From positions 128,993 to 192,992 of the forward strand of contig CAZINT010000002.1 in assembly GCA_964540825.1 (NCBI GenBank): a DNA stretch of 64,000 nt, read 5' to 3'. A model generated the notes under the pieces. It was given only the letters and a program-made list of their open reading frames with translations. It was not told where the DNA came from and searched no databases. This document shows, one piece after another, positions 55,337-64,000 of the stretch (its first letter is position 1; each line of letters begins with the position of its first letter). This DNA is from an uncultured Gammaproteobacteria bacterium (GTDB lineage Bacteria; Patescibacteriota; Patescibacteriia; Magasanikbacterales; GWA2-37-8). A program made the position numbers and the translations under genes.

Positions 55337-56496
55337 ATATGTTCCAACAAATCTTTAGTTTCTCCTATCATTGTACCAACAGTAAACTTTTTTAGCGAAA
55401 TACCAGTGTCTGAATACTTCAAAGTCTCAACTGGAGTTATGCGCACCGGATTTTCATCAAGCAGCTCTTTAATCTTATTTTTAATTTCATCAGCGTTATT
55501 ATAGGTAAAAAGCCGATCAGACGCTACCAATTCGGGGTTACCGCCTTTTTTGCTTGCCAGTACGGGTATACCGAGGGCTTGCGCTTCAAGAATAGCGTGC
55601 GACATACCTTCGTAACTACTATTCAAAACAAAAAGATCTGCGCCTGCTATATACTCAAGTGCTTCTGTTCGCCGTTTATTACCTAATAATTCTACAAAGT
55701 TTTCAGCTTTTAAAGTTGCAACTTTATTCTTGAGCGCACCCATCTCTGGTCCATCACCAATAATTTTCAACTTAAGATTGGCATAGTGCGAATCTTTGAC
55801 GAGCATGCTTACAGCCTCGACGAGCGCTTCCATCCCTTTCCAGGGCAATAAACGCGCCACACTCACTACCCACCGTTCACCTGAGTGCATTTTTGGTTCT
55901 GCTTTTTTAAATTCAACAGCATTATAGACTACTGTTACTTTGTCATTTATTGCACCCCAGCCAAGCACCATTTTTCTTAAATAATTACAGGGCGTAATAA
56001 CATGGTCAGCGCGGCGAACAACAGACGACTCAATCCGCCGCAATACTCCTACTTTATTGAAACTTTTTTTCTCATATTGAAAGTCATCTATGAGCGCGGT
56101 TATCCCATACTGCGCGACCCCTTGCTCCCAAGCATAGTCTCCCACGACTTTAACTACAAATTTCTTACCAAGTTTACGAGCAGCACGAAGCGCCGGGTAG
56201 CCGGCATTCACCGGTCCCATTGCATAGATTATGTCTGCACTCTTGCCTTTTGCGAGCAGGAGCTTGTAATACTGCCGATAACGGAGCGGTTTGAAGCGGC
56301 TCGCTACTGCTACCAATTCCACTTTGTCATCAAGCACTTTTTTATCTGAATGTGGATTTAAAGAAACAATCGTAACCTCGACCCCTTGCTTAACGAGCTC
56401 ATTGGCTAGCGTCACTGAATAGGTCGCGGGACCACCGGACTCAGGCGGAAATATATCGGCTGCAATTATAAGTTTCATACATTTAGAGCGATTCAA
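55324..56496 (-). CDS. Glycosyltransferase family 4
   Basis: The sequence EGMSHAILEAQALGIPVLAS. 13-bp overlap with the downstream GT4 (54335..55336). Confidence 0.8.
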   Translation of the reverse strand: MNRSKCMKLIIAADIFPPESGGPATYSVTLANELVKQGVEVTIVSLNPHSDKKVLDDKVELVAVASRFKPLRYRQYYKLLLAKGKSADIIYAMGPVNAGYPALRAARKLGKKFVVKVVGDYAWEQGVAQYGITALIDDFQYEKKSFNKVGVLRRIESSVVRRADHVITPCNYLRKMVLGWGAINDKVTVVYNAVEFKKAEPKMHSGERWVVSVARLLPWKGMEALVEAVSMLVKDSHYANLKLKIIGDGPEMGALKNKVATLKAENFVELLGNKRRTEALEYIAGADLFVLNSSYEGMSHAILEAQALGIPVLASKKGGNPELVASDRLFTYNNADEIKNKIKELLDENPVRITPVETLKYSDTGISLKKFTVGTMIGETKDLLEHICAS

Positions 56497-57685
56497 ACAA
56501 GGACTTCATCTGCTGGGCAAGTATTTTCCACGTATACTTTTCAGCAATTAATTTTTGGGCGTTCGTTACCACGCGATTAACGTCTGATTTATTTTCTTCA
56601 TTTATAATATAGAGCACCTTTTCGGCAATGCTCTTGGGGTTTTTTACTTTACAAAACCAACCAGTAACTCCGTCAGTCAAAAATTCAGGAATGCCTCCAA
56701 CAGGCGTAGCGATTACTGGAGTTGCGGCGGCCATCGCTTCAAGAAAAGAAATTCCGAGACCTTCAGAAAGACTTGGCCTGCAAAAAATGTCGCTCCCCCA
56801 TAAATAGGCCGGCAATTCGGCATTTGGTTTAGAACCCAAAAAATGAGTTCGTTCGCTGACATGAAGGGTTTCTGCCAGTTGGCGAAGGGAGGTTTCGAGT
56901 TCTCCGCCACCGAATATAACGAGATGAACTGAAAAAGGTAAAAAGGACAAGCTTCTGATTAAATCAGCTACAGCATTTTTAGGTACAAGACGTGATGAGG
57001 TAAAAAGTATTTTTGTGTCAAATGGAATACCGATTTTTGCCCGCAGATCACTCGCAGCTTTTTGACGGATATCTGACGTTCCTGGATCGAATACCTCTAG
57101 TTTTACACCGTTTGGTATAACACTAATCAAACTTTTTGAACCCATTTTGATAGCCCAATTTTTTAAATACGTACTGATAGCCTGAATACGATCTGCCCGC
57201 TGAAAAATTTGTTTAAAGTACGGCCAACACCACCAGACATGTTTATAAATATGCCACTTACTATCCCCCTCTTGCAAATTAAGCAAAAAAGGAACCGTTG
57301 GATTTTGGTTCTTGTACCTAAGGGCTGCAAAGCCGGCATAGCTTGCCATGATACCCCACACAGCATCAAACTTCCCCAGGGTTGCGGCTTTTTTGGGCCC
57401 CTGCCAGATAAGGCGATATTTATCAAACGATGTTCCCCTTCCAAGGCGATGCACCTGAATGACGCCAATTTTTTCTTGCTCCGGAAGTTTGGGATCAAGC
57501 CGGGGAGTAACCATGACAAATTCAAAATCATCTGCCAGTCGATCAGTAATTTCTTTAACTGCAACTTCAGCTCCCCCAATAAAGGGCAGATACGCTGTGG
57601 AAAAGATAAGAATACGTTTTGACATAGTATAATTATTTTTGAGGAGCCTCAGCAACGTAATACACTTTAAAAGCCAGCACTCCAT
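56483..57685 (-). CDS. Glycosyltransferase family 4
   Basis: The sequence EGLGISFLEAMAAATPVIAT. The likely start is MSKRILIFST at about 57628. The track ORF begins earlier. Confidence 0.8.
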   Translation of the reverse strand: MECWLLKCITLLRLLKNNYTMSKRILIFSTAYLPFIGGAEVAVKEITDRLADDFEFVMVTPRLDPKLPEQEKIGVIQVHRLGRGTSFDKYRLIWQGPKKAATLGKFDAVWGIMASYAGFAALRYKNQNPTVPFLLNLQEGDSKWHIYKHVWWCWPYFKQIFQRADRIQAISTYLKNWAIKMGSKSLISVIPNGVKLEVFDPGTSDIRQKAASDLRAKIGIPFDTKILFTSSRLVPKNAVADLIRSLSFLPFSVHLVIFGGGELETSLRQLAETLHVSERTHFLGSKPNAELPAYLWGSDIFCRPSLSEGLGISFLEAMAAATPVIATPVGGIPEFLTDGVTGWFCKVKNPKSIAEKVLYIINEENKSDVNRVVTNAQKLIAEKYTWKILAQQMKSLFESL

Positions 57686-59327
57686 CGTCGCGATAAATCA
57701 AATCCGGTACAATGCCGAGCTTGTCTAATTTTTCTTCCATTTCTGGTGCTAATCTGGATTTCTTCGTTATAGAGTCCAAGGGCGCTCCTGCCTCGGCTTT
57801 AATAAAATAAAAACTATTGAGGGTTAATTGTTTAAGCAGGTTATTCTCGGCTATCGAAATATACGGCAAATTTTGATAAAACCGGCGTCGTTCAAAAAGC
57901 CATACGCGGCTAAACCAACTAATCCGGTCATCAAATATAATAATATTGCTATGCGCTAAACTTTCGGCTAACTTTTGCTGGTTTGTTTTTAATAAATAGG
58001 GCACAGTCCTGTCATCCTTCACCTTTATTTCACCATACAGATCAAGGGGTGTAAGATTTTTGTCACGTGCAGCGAGAGCATCAAGATAGGCGTCGAGCTG
58101 AGCAACACCATAATTTTGCGAGGATGCTTCGCTATAGGTCCAGCCGATTCGCCCATAATGGACTGCTAAAACATGACTATTAATAACAAAAAAAGCAAGG
58201 TAGACCAGCAGTATCACTTTCCCAACCTGCAGGCTAATTTCGGCTTTTTTACCATAGACAGCGCCTAAACGTTTCGCAAGATCGACTGACGCCAGCGCAA
58301 TGAGCGGGGCGGCAAAAATTGCATACAGCGAAAGAATATACCCGTATTGGCCAATAAAAAATTGTTGGACGGTAAAAAGAAGAACAAGGCTCAGCAGAAA
58401 GGTAAGACGGCGTTTCCACCAAAGTGTATAGCCGAGAGCCAGTACGAAAAGTGCGAGATAAGGCCAGGAAATAAGATGTCCGAGCTCTAAAAACAGATCT
58501 CCAAACCTTGCCAGCGTGGGCGCGGAAACAGCTGAAAGATGCCAAGGACTGGACTGATGGAATAAACGGACAAACTGCAACGAAAAATGTCCGGTCGCTT
58601 GGTACATGGAAAGATTGTAGATAATAAGTGGTAGTTGCAGCGAAAATGCAATCCCCAAAGCCCCGTAGAACTTCACGCTTCTAAACCAGCTCCGATGGTT
58701 GAGGGCGATAAAAAGAAGAAGAGCAGGAAAAAGGAAAAGCGTCGTAAATTTAAGCGCGAGCGCCACACCAAAAGCAAGCCCGAATTTCCACCACTGTCTA
58801 TTATTTTCTTCATAACGAATAAAATAATAAACAGCGAGGAGTACGCCAAACATGACACCGCTTTCAAGGTACGCAACGCGGCCCGTCCAAATAAAATGGG
58901 CATTAAGCACTAAAAGCAGACAGGCCAAGACTGCTGCTCGCCGATCGAGACGACGAACAAAAAAATACATGAGGACCAGGCTACCGAGCGCAAAAAGGGC
59001 GGAGGGCAATTTAGCAAAAAAACCAGTTTGATGCATTGCCAAAAACAGATGCTGAACTAAAAACAGCGGCTTGGGGTGGTCGTGGAATGAAAGCGCTGAC
59101 CACCATGGCGTATGATCAAACCATTGTACGGGGGTTGATTGCGCATTTACTTCGCCAAACATAAAATCAATCGGCGCAACTGCTCGAGCGCTGTAATGAG
59201 CATCATCGCCTGTCATATCCACATGAGAAATACGAAAAAAGAGAAGAAAGGCCGTAACAAGAAAAACTGCCACCAAGGGACGCGGCAGGCGTGCCGACAA
59301 CGAAGAAGTGGTAGGTTGTTTGGCCAT
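57633..59327 (-). CDS. GT-C family membrane glycosyltransferase (PMT/ArnT-like, GT39-like)
   Basis: 564 aa. The first-loop motif is HVDMTGDDAHYSARAV (DD.HY). It is polytopic with a C-terminal soluble domain. Confidence 0.65.
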   Translation of the reverse strand: MAKQPTTSSLSARLPRPLVAVFLVTAFLLFFRISHVDMTGDDAHYSARAVAPIDFMFGEVNAQSTPVQWFDHTPWWSALSFHDHPKPLFLVQHLFLAMHQTGFFAKLPSALFALGSLVLMYFFVRRLDRRAAVLACLLLVLNAHFIWTGRVAYLESGVMFGVLLAVYYFIRYEENNRQWWKFGLAFGVALALKFTTLFLFPALLLFIALNHRSWFRSVKFYGALGIAFSLQLPLIIYNLSMYQATGHFSLQFVRLFHQSSPWHLSAVSAPTLARFGDLFLELGHLISWPYLALFVLALGYTLWWKRRLTFLLSLVLLFTVQQFFIGQYGYILSLYAIFAAPLIALASVDLAKRLGAVYGKKAEISLQVGKVILLVYLAFFVINSHVLAVHYGRIGWTYSEASSQNYGVAQLDAYLDALAARDKNLTPLDLYGEIKVKDDRTVPYLLKTNQQKLAESLAHSNIIIFDDRISWFSRVWLFERRRFYQNLPYISIAENNLLKQLTLNSFYFIKAEAGAPLDSITKKSRLAPEMEEKLDKLGIVPDLIYRDDGVLAFKVYYVAEAPQK

Positions 59328-59335
59328 ATCAAAAA

Positions 59336-60292
59336 TTAAGCCGCGTCCTCTGCGACGAGACGTAATTTAAAGTCTTCAATAGTTTTAGCAAGACCAGTAT
59401 CAAGATTAATGGCCGGCTCCCAACCAAGTAGTGTTTTCGCCAACTGTATATCCGGGCAGCGCTGCATGGGATCATCTTCACGGAACTTTCCGGAAAATAC
59501 AAAACCAGCAGTATTTCCAATAAGCTTGGAAATTTTTTCAGCGAGCTCTCTAATGGTAAATTCAACCGGGTTACCAACATTAATCGGCCCTCGCACTTCT
59601 GTGGGCGTATTCATAAGCATCATCATACCCCGAACCAAATCGTCGACATAACAAAAGCTGCGTGTCTGCGACCCATCACCATCGATGGTTAGTTGTTTAC
59701 CTTTGAGCGCCTGATAAATAAAGTTAGAAATTACCCGTCCATCATTAAAAGCCATTCGCGGACCATACGTATTAAAAATACGTATGATCTTGATTTCTAA
59801 ACCATGCATGCGGTAATAATCTAAAAAGAGTGTCTCTGCGCAGCGTTTGCCCTCGTCATAACACGCGCGCGGGCCAAGCGTATTTACATTCCCGCGGTAT
59901 GTCTCCGGTTGAGGGTGCACCTCAGGATCGCCATATACTTCTGAGGTTGAAGCTTGAAGAATACGAGCAGCGTGTTTCCGGGCCAACCCCAGCATGTTAA
60001 TGACCCCGACGGTACAGGCTTTTGTAGTATGTACCGGATTATGCTGATAATGTACTGGAGAAGCCGGACAAGCCAGGTTATATATCTGGTCAATCTTTTC
60101 GTCGAAAAAAAACGGTTCGACAATATCGTGTTTGATAAAAGTAAAACGCGGATTATCAAGCAAATGCTGAATGTTAGCAGTCGAACCGGTAAAGAGATTA
60201 TCGAGACAAATAACCGAATGCCCCGCTTCAAGCAGCTGCTCGGAAAGATGAGAACCAATAAAACCACCACCTCCCGTTACTAAAATACGCAT
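59336..60292 (-). CDS. uxs: UDP-glucuronate decarboxylase (UDP-xylose synthase)
   Basis: [16 protein letters not shown] ... [16 protein letters not shown] ... [14 protein letters not shown] shows near-canonical UXS motifs, including YxxxK. Confidence 0.85.
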   Translation of the reverse strand: MRILVTGGGGFIGSHLSEQLLEAGHSVICLDNLFTGSTANIQHLLDNPRFTFIKHDIVEPFFFDEKIDQIYNLACPASPVHYQHNPVHTTKACTVGVINMLGLARKHAARILQASTSEVYGDPEVHPQPETYRGNVNTLGPRACYDEGKRCAETLFLDYYRMHGLEIKIIRIFNTYGPRMAFNDGRVISNFIYQALKGKQLTIDGDGSQTRSFCYVDDLVRGMMMLMNTPTEVRGPINVGNPVEFTIRELAEKISKLIGNTAGFVFSGKFREDDPMQRCPDIQLAKTLLGWEPAINLDTGLAKTIEDFKLRLVAEDAA

Positions 60293-60428
60293 AGAAATAA
60301 GCTAGGTCTACAGCCGAATAGTTTAAGAAGTGGCAGCCATAGTAACACCGCACTTTTTTACACTTAAACCCCGAATTTAGACATTTTTTAGTACTTATAG
60401 TATGCTGTATTTAGCCTAAAAAGTCAAT

Positions 60429-61613
60429 ATGGATGCAAAAATAAAAATTCTCTACGTCATCACCCAAGGAGCATGGGGCGGAGCTCAGCGATACATTTTT
60501 GATCTCGCCACAAACTTGTCGGACACTTTTGAAATCTCGGTCGCAATCGGTGAATTACCCACTACTAATGACCTCCAAAAAAAATTGGAAGAATGGCAAA
60601 CCGAACATCCAAGCGTCCAACTCACCATCATACAACTTAAGCACCTCCATCGTTCCATTCGTCCTGCCGAAGATATACGGGGCGTTATTGAACTAGCCGG
60701 ACTTTACCACCGCCTCAAGCCCGACATTATCCATCTCAACAGCACTAAAGCAGGTATCATTGGATCTTTTGCAAAGCTGGGAACTGCTTTAAGAACAACG
60801 AAGTACATTTATACTGTTCACGGATGGGTATTTAACGAATCACTTAGCCCCAAAATCCGCTCTCTCTATGTTTGGCTCGAAAAATTAACCGCTCGAGTCA
60901 AAGACAAAATAATTGTTTTATCCGAACAAGACCGCACTTCTGGGGAACGTGTTTTAGGGATTTCCAAAAATAATTTTTGCCTTATTCCACTCGGGATTGC
61001 CCTGCCACGTCCAACCTGGAGCAAAACCAAAGCGCGGGAGATATTGACTGCCTACCTTGGCGACGCTGCTACTAACGATAAGCGCTGGATCGGTACGGTC
61101 GCTAATTTCTACCCTACCAAGGGGCTCGATATTCTCATCGAAGCTATTAGAATTATTAAAGAAAAATTGCCCCCCGTTGTATTTGTTCTTATTGGTGAAG
61201 GACCCGAACAAACTGCTATCGAGGCACATATTAAAAAGTACAAATTAACTGATATAGTGCACTTGACTGGCGCCTTAGATAATGCCGCAGCTCTTATGCC
61301 AGCCTTTGACCTCTTTGTTGTACCGTCGCGCAAGGAAGGTCTTCCCTATGTTATACTTGAAGCCTCAGGAAGCGGTGTTCCGGTTATTGCAACTGCTGTA
61401 GGCGGCATCCCAACGCTTATCCAAAATAATAAAACCGGCGTACTCGTAGAACAACCTTCGGCCGGTTTATTAAGTGAAAAAATTCTATTCGCACTGGCGA
61501 ATCCTGATATAATGCTTCGCTATGCTCTAGCTGCAAAAAACAATCAAGATACTTCATCACTCGCTGCTATGCTAGATGCGACCGAAGCTATTTACCGCTC
61601 TTTGCTGGAGTAG
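60429..61613 (+). CDS. Glycosyltransferase family 4
   Basis: The sequence EGLPYVILEASGSGVPVIATAVGG. Its 3' end overlaps the convergent gene by 26 bp. Confidence 0.8.
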   Translation: MDAKIKILYVITQGAWGGAQRYIFDLATNLSDTFEISVAIGELPTTNDLQKKLEEWQTEHPSVQLTIIQLKHLHRSIRPAEDIRGVIELAGLYHRLKPDIIHLNSTKAGIIGSFAKLGTALRTTKYIYTVHGWVFNESLSPKIRSLYVWLEKLTARVKDKIIVLSEQDRTSGERVLGISKNNFCLIPLGIALPRPTWSKTKAREILTAYLGDAATNDKRWIGTVANFYPTKGLDILIEAIRIIKEKLPPVVFVLIGEGPEQTAIEAHIKKYKLTDIVHLTGALDNAAALMPAFDLFVVPSRKEGLPYVILEASGSGVPVIATAVGGIPTLIQNNKTGVLVEQPSAGLLSEKILFALANPDIMLRYALAAKNNQDTSSLAAMLDATEAIYRSLLE

Positions 61614-63645
61614 ACGAGGCAACAATTTGTTCAACTTGCAAAGCTTGATCGGTAAACGTCAAACCTCGTTCGTGGGCAAGTTTTAAAATATCACGTGCCT
61701 TGGCATTTTGGCCCATGAGCTGGTAGAGATATGCAAAACGCCAATATGTTTCAATAATCTTTGGATCATCGTCAAGTGCTTGCTGCATTAAAGCAACCGC
61801 TTCATCGTTTTTTCCAAGCTGCAGTTTAAAATTAGCCAGCGTATACAAAAACTGCTGCCGGCGCGGCGAAAACGTAAGTCCTGTGCTTATGTAGCTTTCG
61901 GCTTCAGCAATAAATTTAGGATCTTTTGTAAAAGTATAGCCAAGCTGCCCAAGCTGCGATAAAAGAAGATATGCTCGGATATCAGCAGGATGTAACTTAA
62001 GATTTTCTTGAAGCGCTCCATAGGCAGTATTTAACAACTCTGTATTAGTTGCCTTGTCCATTTTTTGATAGTTGGACGATAAAACATCTGCTATAGTGCG
62101 AGAAATGTCACTGCGAATATCATCGATATGAGGCGAGTTAAAAGCAATGGCTTCTTTAGCCGCTGAAAGACCCAGAACAGGATTGCGTGACAGTTCCTGA
62201 AGGGCTGTTAAGGTTTTTTGGTTAGCACGCGCCGGTTGAATGTTAAAAATAAAGATAAGCACACCCACAGCTATAAGCGAACCGATGCCAAGGCCGGTTC
62301 CCAGCGGCCGATCGGCAGCAATTGTTTTAGCTCCAGTTTCTGTAGCAGCCAATTCTTGTGAAGACGGTACAGCAGCCAAACGATTAACCATCGCCAGCCA
62401 AAAAATAAAGTAAAGGTATGAGGTGGGATTTTCAAAAACAGTAATATTTTGAATTAAATGCGCTACCAAGAAACCAGAACACCACAAAACCAGATGCAGC
62501 TTATTCTGTCGGTTATCCCGGGTTTGCCAGAGGGTCATGAGTGTTACCACAAAGATACCCAAATACGTAAGCACACCAAAGATACCCTGAACTGTTAGTG
62601 TGTTAACCAGAATATTATGCGCATTATCAAACCACGTTTCTCCATAGCCGTATTCGAGCGAACGAGGATTATAGTACTTGTTAAAAGCGTAGAAAAAATT
62701 ATTTGGCCCCCACCCAAAAATAGGATATTCTTTCCAACTTTCAAAACCGATTTTCCAAGCTATCAAACGCGTATCGCTCGTTCCTCCGCTTAAATTAGTT
62801 GTGACTAAACGCCCAAGCGCTGGAATTTTTTGAACAAAAGGGTTGGCACGGAGGGCAAATAAAACTGCCAAAACAACAACTCCAACCCCAATACTGCCCA
62901 GCAGTGAATTGCGAACCTTAGTATTACCATTTAAAAGAAAAATGTAGCCAAGCATAACTACAGCTAAACCTGCAAATAAGCCAAGCACTGAACCGCGCGT
63001 ACCACTGAAAAATATTCCAAGAAGCGCTAAAAAGGCGAATAAACCATAGATTATTTTTTTACTAAGAACTTTTTCTTTAACTAAAAGAAGCATGGCAACG
63101 AACAACAAAAATAGTCCGTAACCTCCAACATAAATTGCGTTTCCGAGCGTGCTTGCCACACGGTCACTCCCCTGATTTAAGAGCAGGTCGGGATTAAACT
63201 TTTGTAAAACACCAATAAACATGACAACTGAGCCTGCCCCTAAAAAAATTTGTAATGCAAGCTTCCAATCTGACCATTTTTTAAATACAGCAGTACAAAC
63301 AAAATAATAAATAACGTAATGAACAATAGTAAACAGCCCGAGCATACGCTCGTGATTATCCCAAAAACTGTGGTAGGCATCAAAACCAACAAATGTAGAT
63401 ATGGCAAAGCTCAATAAAAACCCAGCCAAAGCTAAACTTGTTGGGCTGATACGGGGTCGATATTCTTCATAATTAATATAAAGAAGTGTGATATAGCCAC
63501 CAAGCATCGCAATGACGAGGGAGCGAAAAAGAAGGACTTTCGGTACTACAAAAGGAAAGATAAACGAACTGGGCGCCAAAACAAGTGGAACAAAAAAAGT
63601 AGCGTAAATAAGGAGCTTAACTACCTGTTCAATAGTTCGTTTCAT
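61588..63645 (-). CDS. O-antigen ligase/polymerase-like (Wzy_C) membrane protein with C-terminal TPR repeats
   Basis: 685 aa with about 12 TM helices. A Wzy_C-like region reads FSGTRGSVLGLFAGL. The C-terminal soluble domain of about 200 aa has TPR-like repeats (AYLLLSQLGQL...YWRFAYLYQLMGQNAKA). Confidence 0.65.
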   Translation of the reverse strand: MKRTIEQVVKLLIYATFFVPLVLAPSSFIFPFVVPKVLLFRSLVIAMLGGYITLLYINYEEYRPRISPTSLALAGFLLSFAISTFVGFDAYHSFWDNHERMLGLFTIVHYVIYYFVCTAVFKKWSDWKLALQIFLGAGSVVMFIGVLQKFNPDLLLNQGSDRVASTLGNAIYVGGYGLFLLFVAMLLLVKEKVLSKKIIYGLFAFLALLGIFFSGTRGSVLGLFAGLAVVMLGYIFLLNGNTKVRNSLLGSIGVGVVVLAVLFALRANPFVQKIPALGRLVTTNLSGGTSDTRLIAWKIGFESWKEYPIFGWGPNNFFYAFNKYYNPRSLEYGYGETWFDNAHNILVNTLTVQGIFGVLTYLGIFVVTLMTLWQTRDNRQNKLHLVLWCSGFLVAHLIQNITVFENPTSYLYFIFWLAMVNRLAAVPSSQELAATETGAKTIAADRPLGTGLGIGSLIAVGVLIFIFNIQPARANQKTLTALQELSRNPVLGLSAAKEAIAFNSPHIDDIRSDISRTIADVLSSNYQKMDKATNTELLNTAYGALQENLKLHPADIRAYLLLSQLGQLGYTFTKDPKFIAEAESYISTGLTFSPRRQQFLYTLANFKLQLGKNDEAVALMQQALDDDPKIIETYWRFAYLYQLMGQNAKARDILKLAHERGLTFTDQALQVEQIVASSTPAKSGK

Positions 63646-63731
63646 AGCTAAAGCAATATAAATATAGAATAAGTATAAGCCCGCTTTACCTAAAAGTCAA
63701 AAATACCTTTATACAGGCCCGTTTAAAGGCA

Positions 63732-64000
63732 TTATTCTGCCAAACGACGCAATTTTTTACTCTGCGAAGTACGTTGTTTACTCTCCCGACGCATTATTTT
63801 TGAAGCTAGCGTGGGACGTGTCGGACGGCGTATTTTTTTTATTTTAAGTGCCTTACTTACCATATCACGAAGTCCTTCTATTGCTGCCAGACGATTTTGA
63901 AATTGCGATCTGGTTCGCTCTGAAACTACAACCAACTCATCACTACCAGTGATACGGCCATGCAACTTTTCGCGCAATCTCGCTTTCTGCTCCGCGGAAT
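63732..64000 (-). CDS. arfB: Alternative ribosome-rescue factor ArfB-like peptidyl-tRNA hydrolase. Only the C-terminal part lies in the window, and the gene runs off the right edge.
   Basis: The C-terminal tail RSQFQNRLAAIEGLRDMV...KKIRRPTRPTLASKIMRRESKQRTSQSKKLR matches the basic ArfB/YaeJ C-terminus. The GGQ domain would be beyond position 64000. Confidence 0.65.
   Translation of the reverse strand, partial: SAEQKARLREKLHGRITGSDELVVVSERTRSQFQNRLAAIEGLRDMVSKALKIKKIRRPTRPTLASKIMRRESKQRTSQSKKLRRLAE

Noticed and set aside
61588-61613. 26-bp 3'-end overlap of the convergent GT4 (+) and O-antigen ligase-like (−) genes as a regulatory antisense feature
   Set aside because: Short convergent overlaps are common in compact genomes. 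Nothing in the sequence, such as hairpins or promoters, suggests a specific mechanism.
1-64000. CRISPR arrays, transposases, integrases and phage genes
   Set aside because: No regularly spaced direct repeats and no ORFs with DDE transposase, tyrosine or serine recombinase, or phage structural motifs were seen. The tRNA-flanked GC island therefore lacks an identifiable mobility gene in this window.

Overview
The window is a dense, mostly minus-strand locus of about 40% GC, dominated by a cell-surface glycan biosynthesis supercluster of more than 50 kb (about 6.6–63.6 kb). The best-fitting source is a reduced-genome, low-GC bacterium such as a Patescibacteria/CPR-like lineage (this lineage call is inference). 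All calls come from reading the six-frame translations by eye for motifs; no database searches were run.

Left edge, before the glycan locus:
- a partial CCA-adding enzyme gene with an HD domain
- pilT
- a small Zn-ribbon ORF
- two tRNA-Pro genes (anticodons GGG and CGG) bracketing a compositionally foreign island whose coding sequence has GC3 near 100% and that carries two divergent lipoprotein genes
- a hypothetical gene and a membrane-protein gene

The glycan locus encodes four nucleotide-sugar routes:
- dTDP-6-deoxyhexose: long-form RmlA, RmlB and RmlD
- UDP-GlcA / UDP-Xyl: a UDP-glucose dehydrogenase-family enzyme and UXS
- an NDP-hexose route to a C-methylated amino-deoxy sugar: a short nucleotidyltransferase, a 4,6-dehydratase, a TylC3-like C-methyltransferase and a DegT aminotransferase
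- CMP-nonulosonic acid: NeuC, NeuA and NeuB, unusually accompanied by a PfkB sugar kinase and a HAD phosphatase

The locus also carries:
- about 14 glycosyltransferases (GT2 and GT4)
- three or four GT-C (ArnT/PMT-like) membrane transferases, some paired with polyprenol-phosphate GT2 enzymes
- a KpsC/KpsS-like capsule protein and an MsbA-like ABC exporter
- a Wzy/O-antigen-ligase protein with C-terminal TPR repeats
- an MBOAT plus DltD-like O-acylation pair
- pyruvyl-, methyl-, deacetyl- and amido- (AsnB) modifying enzymes
- a high-GC NUDIX cassette bounded by two terminators
- an unusual fusion of a UDP-glucose-dehydrogenase-like domain to a SAM methyltransferase

FtsW/RodA and a monocistronic rpmA (L27) are embedded in the locus. 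The right edge is a partial arfB. No CRISPR array, transposase or integrase was seen.

The ORF track translates TTG/GTG starts as M, so several true starts are probably internal ATGs, as noted per feature. One hand count (17476–18894) disagreed with the track by 1 nt, so hand-counted coordinates of small non-coding features may be off by ±1.
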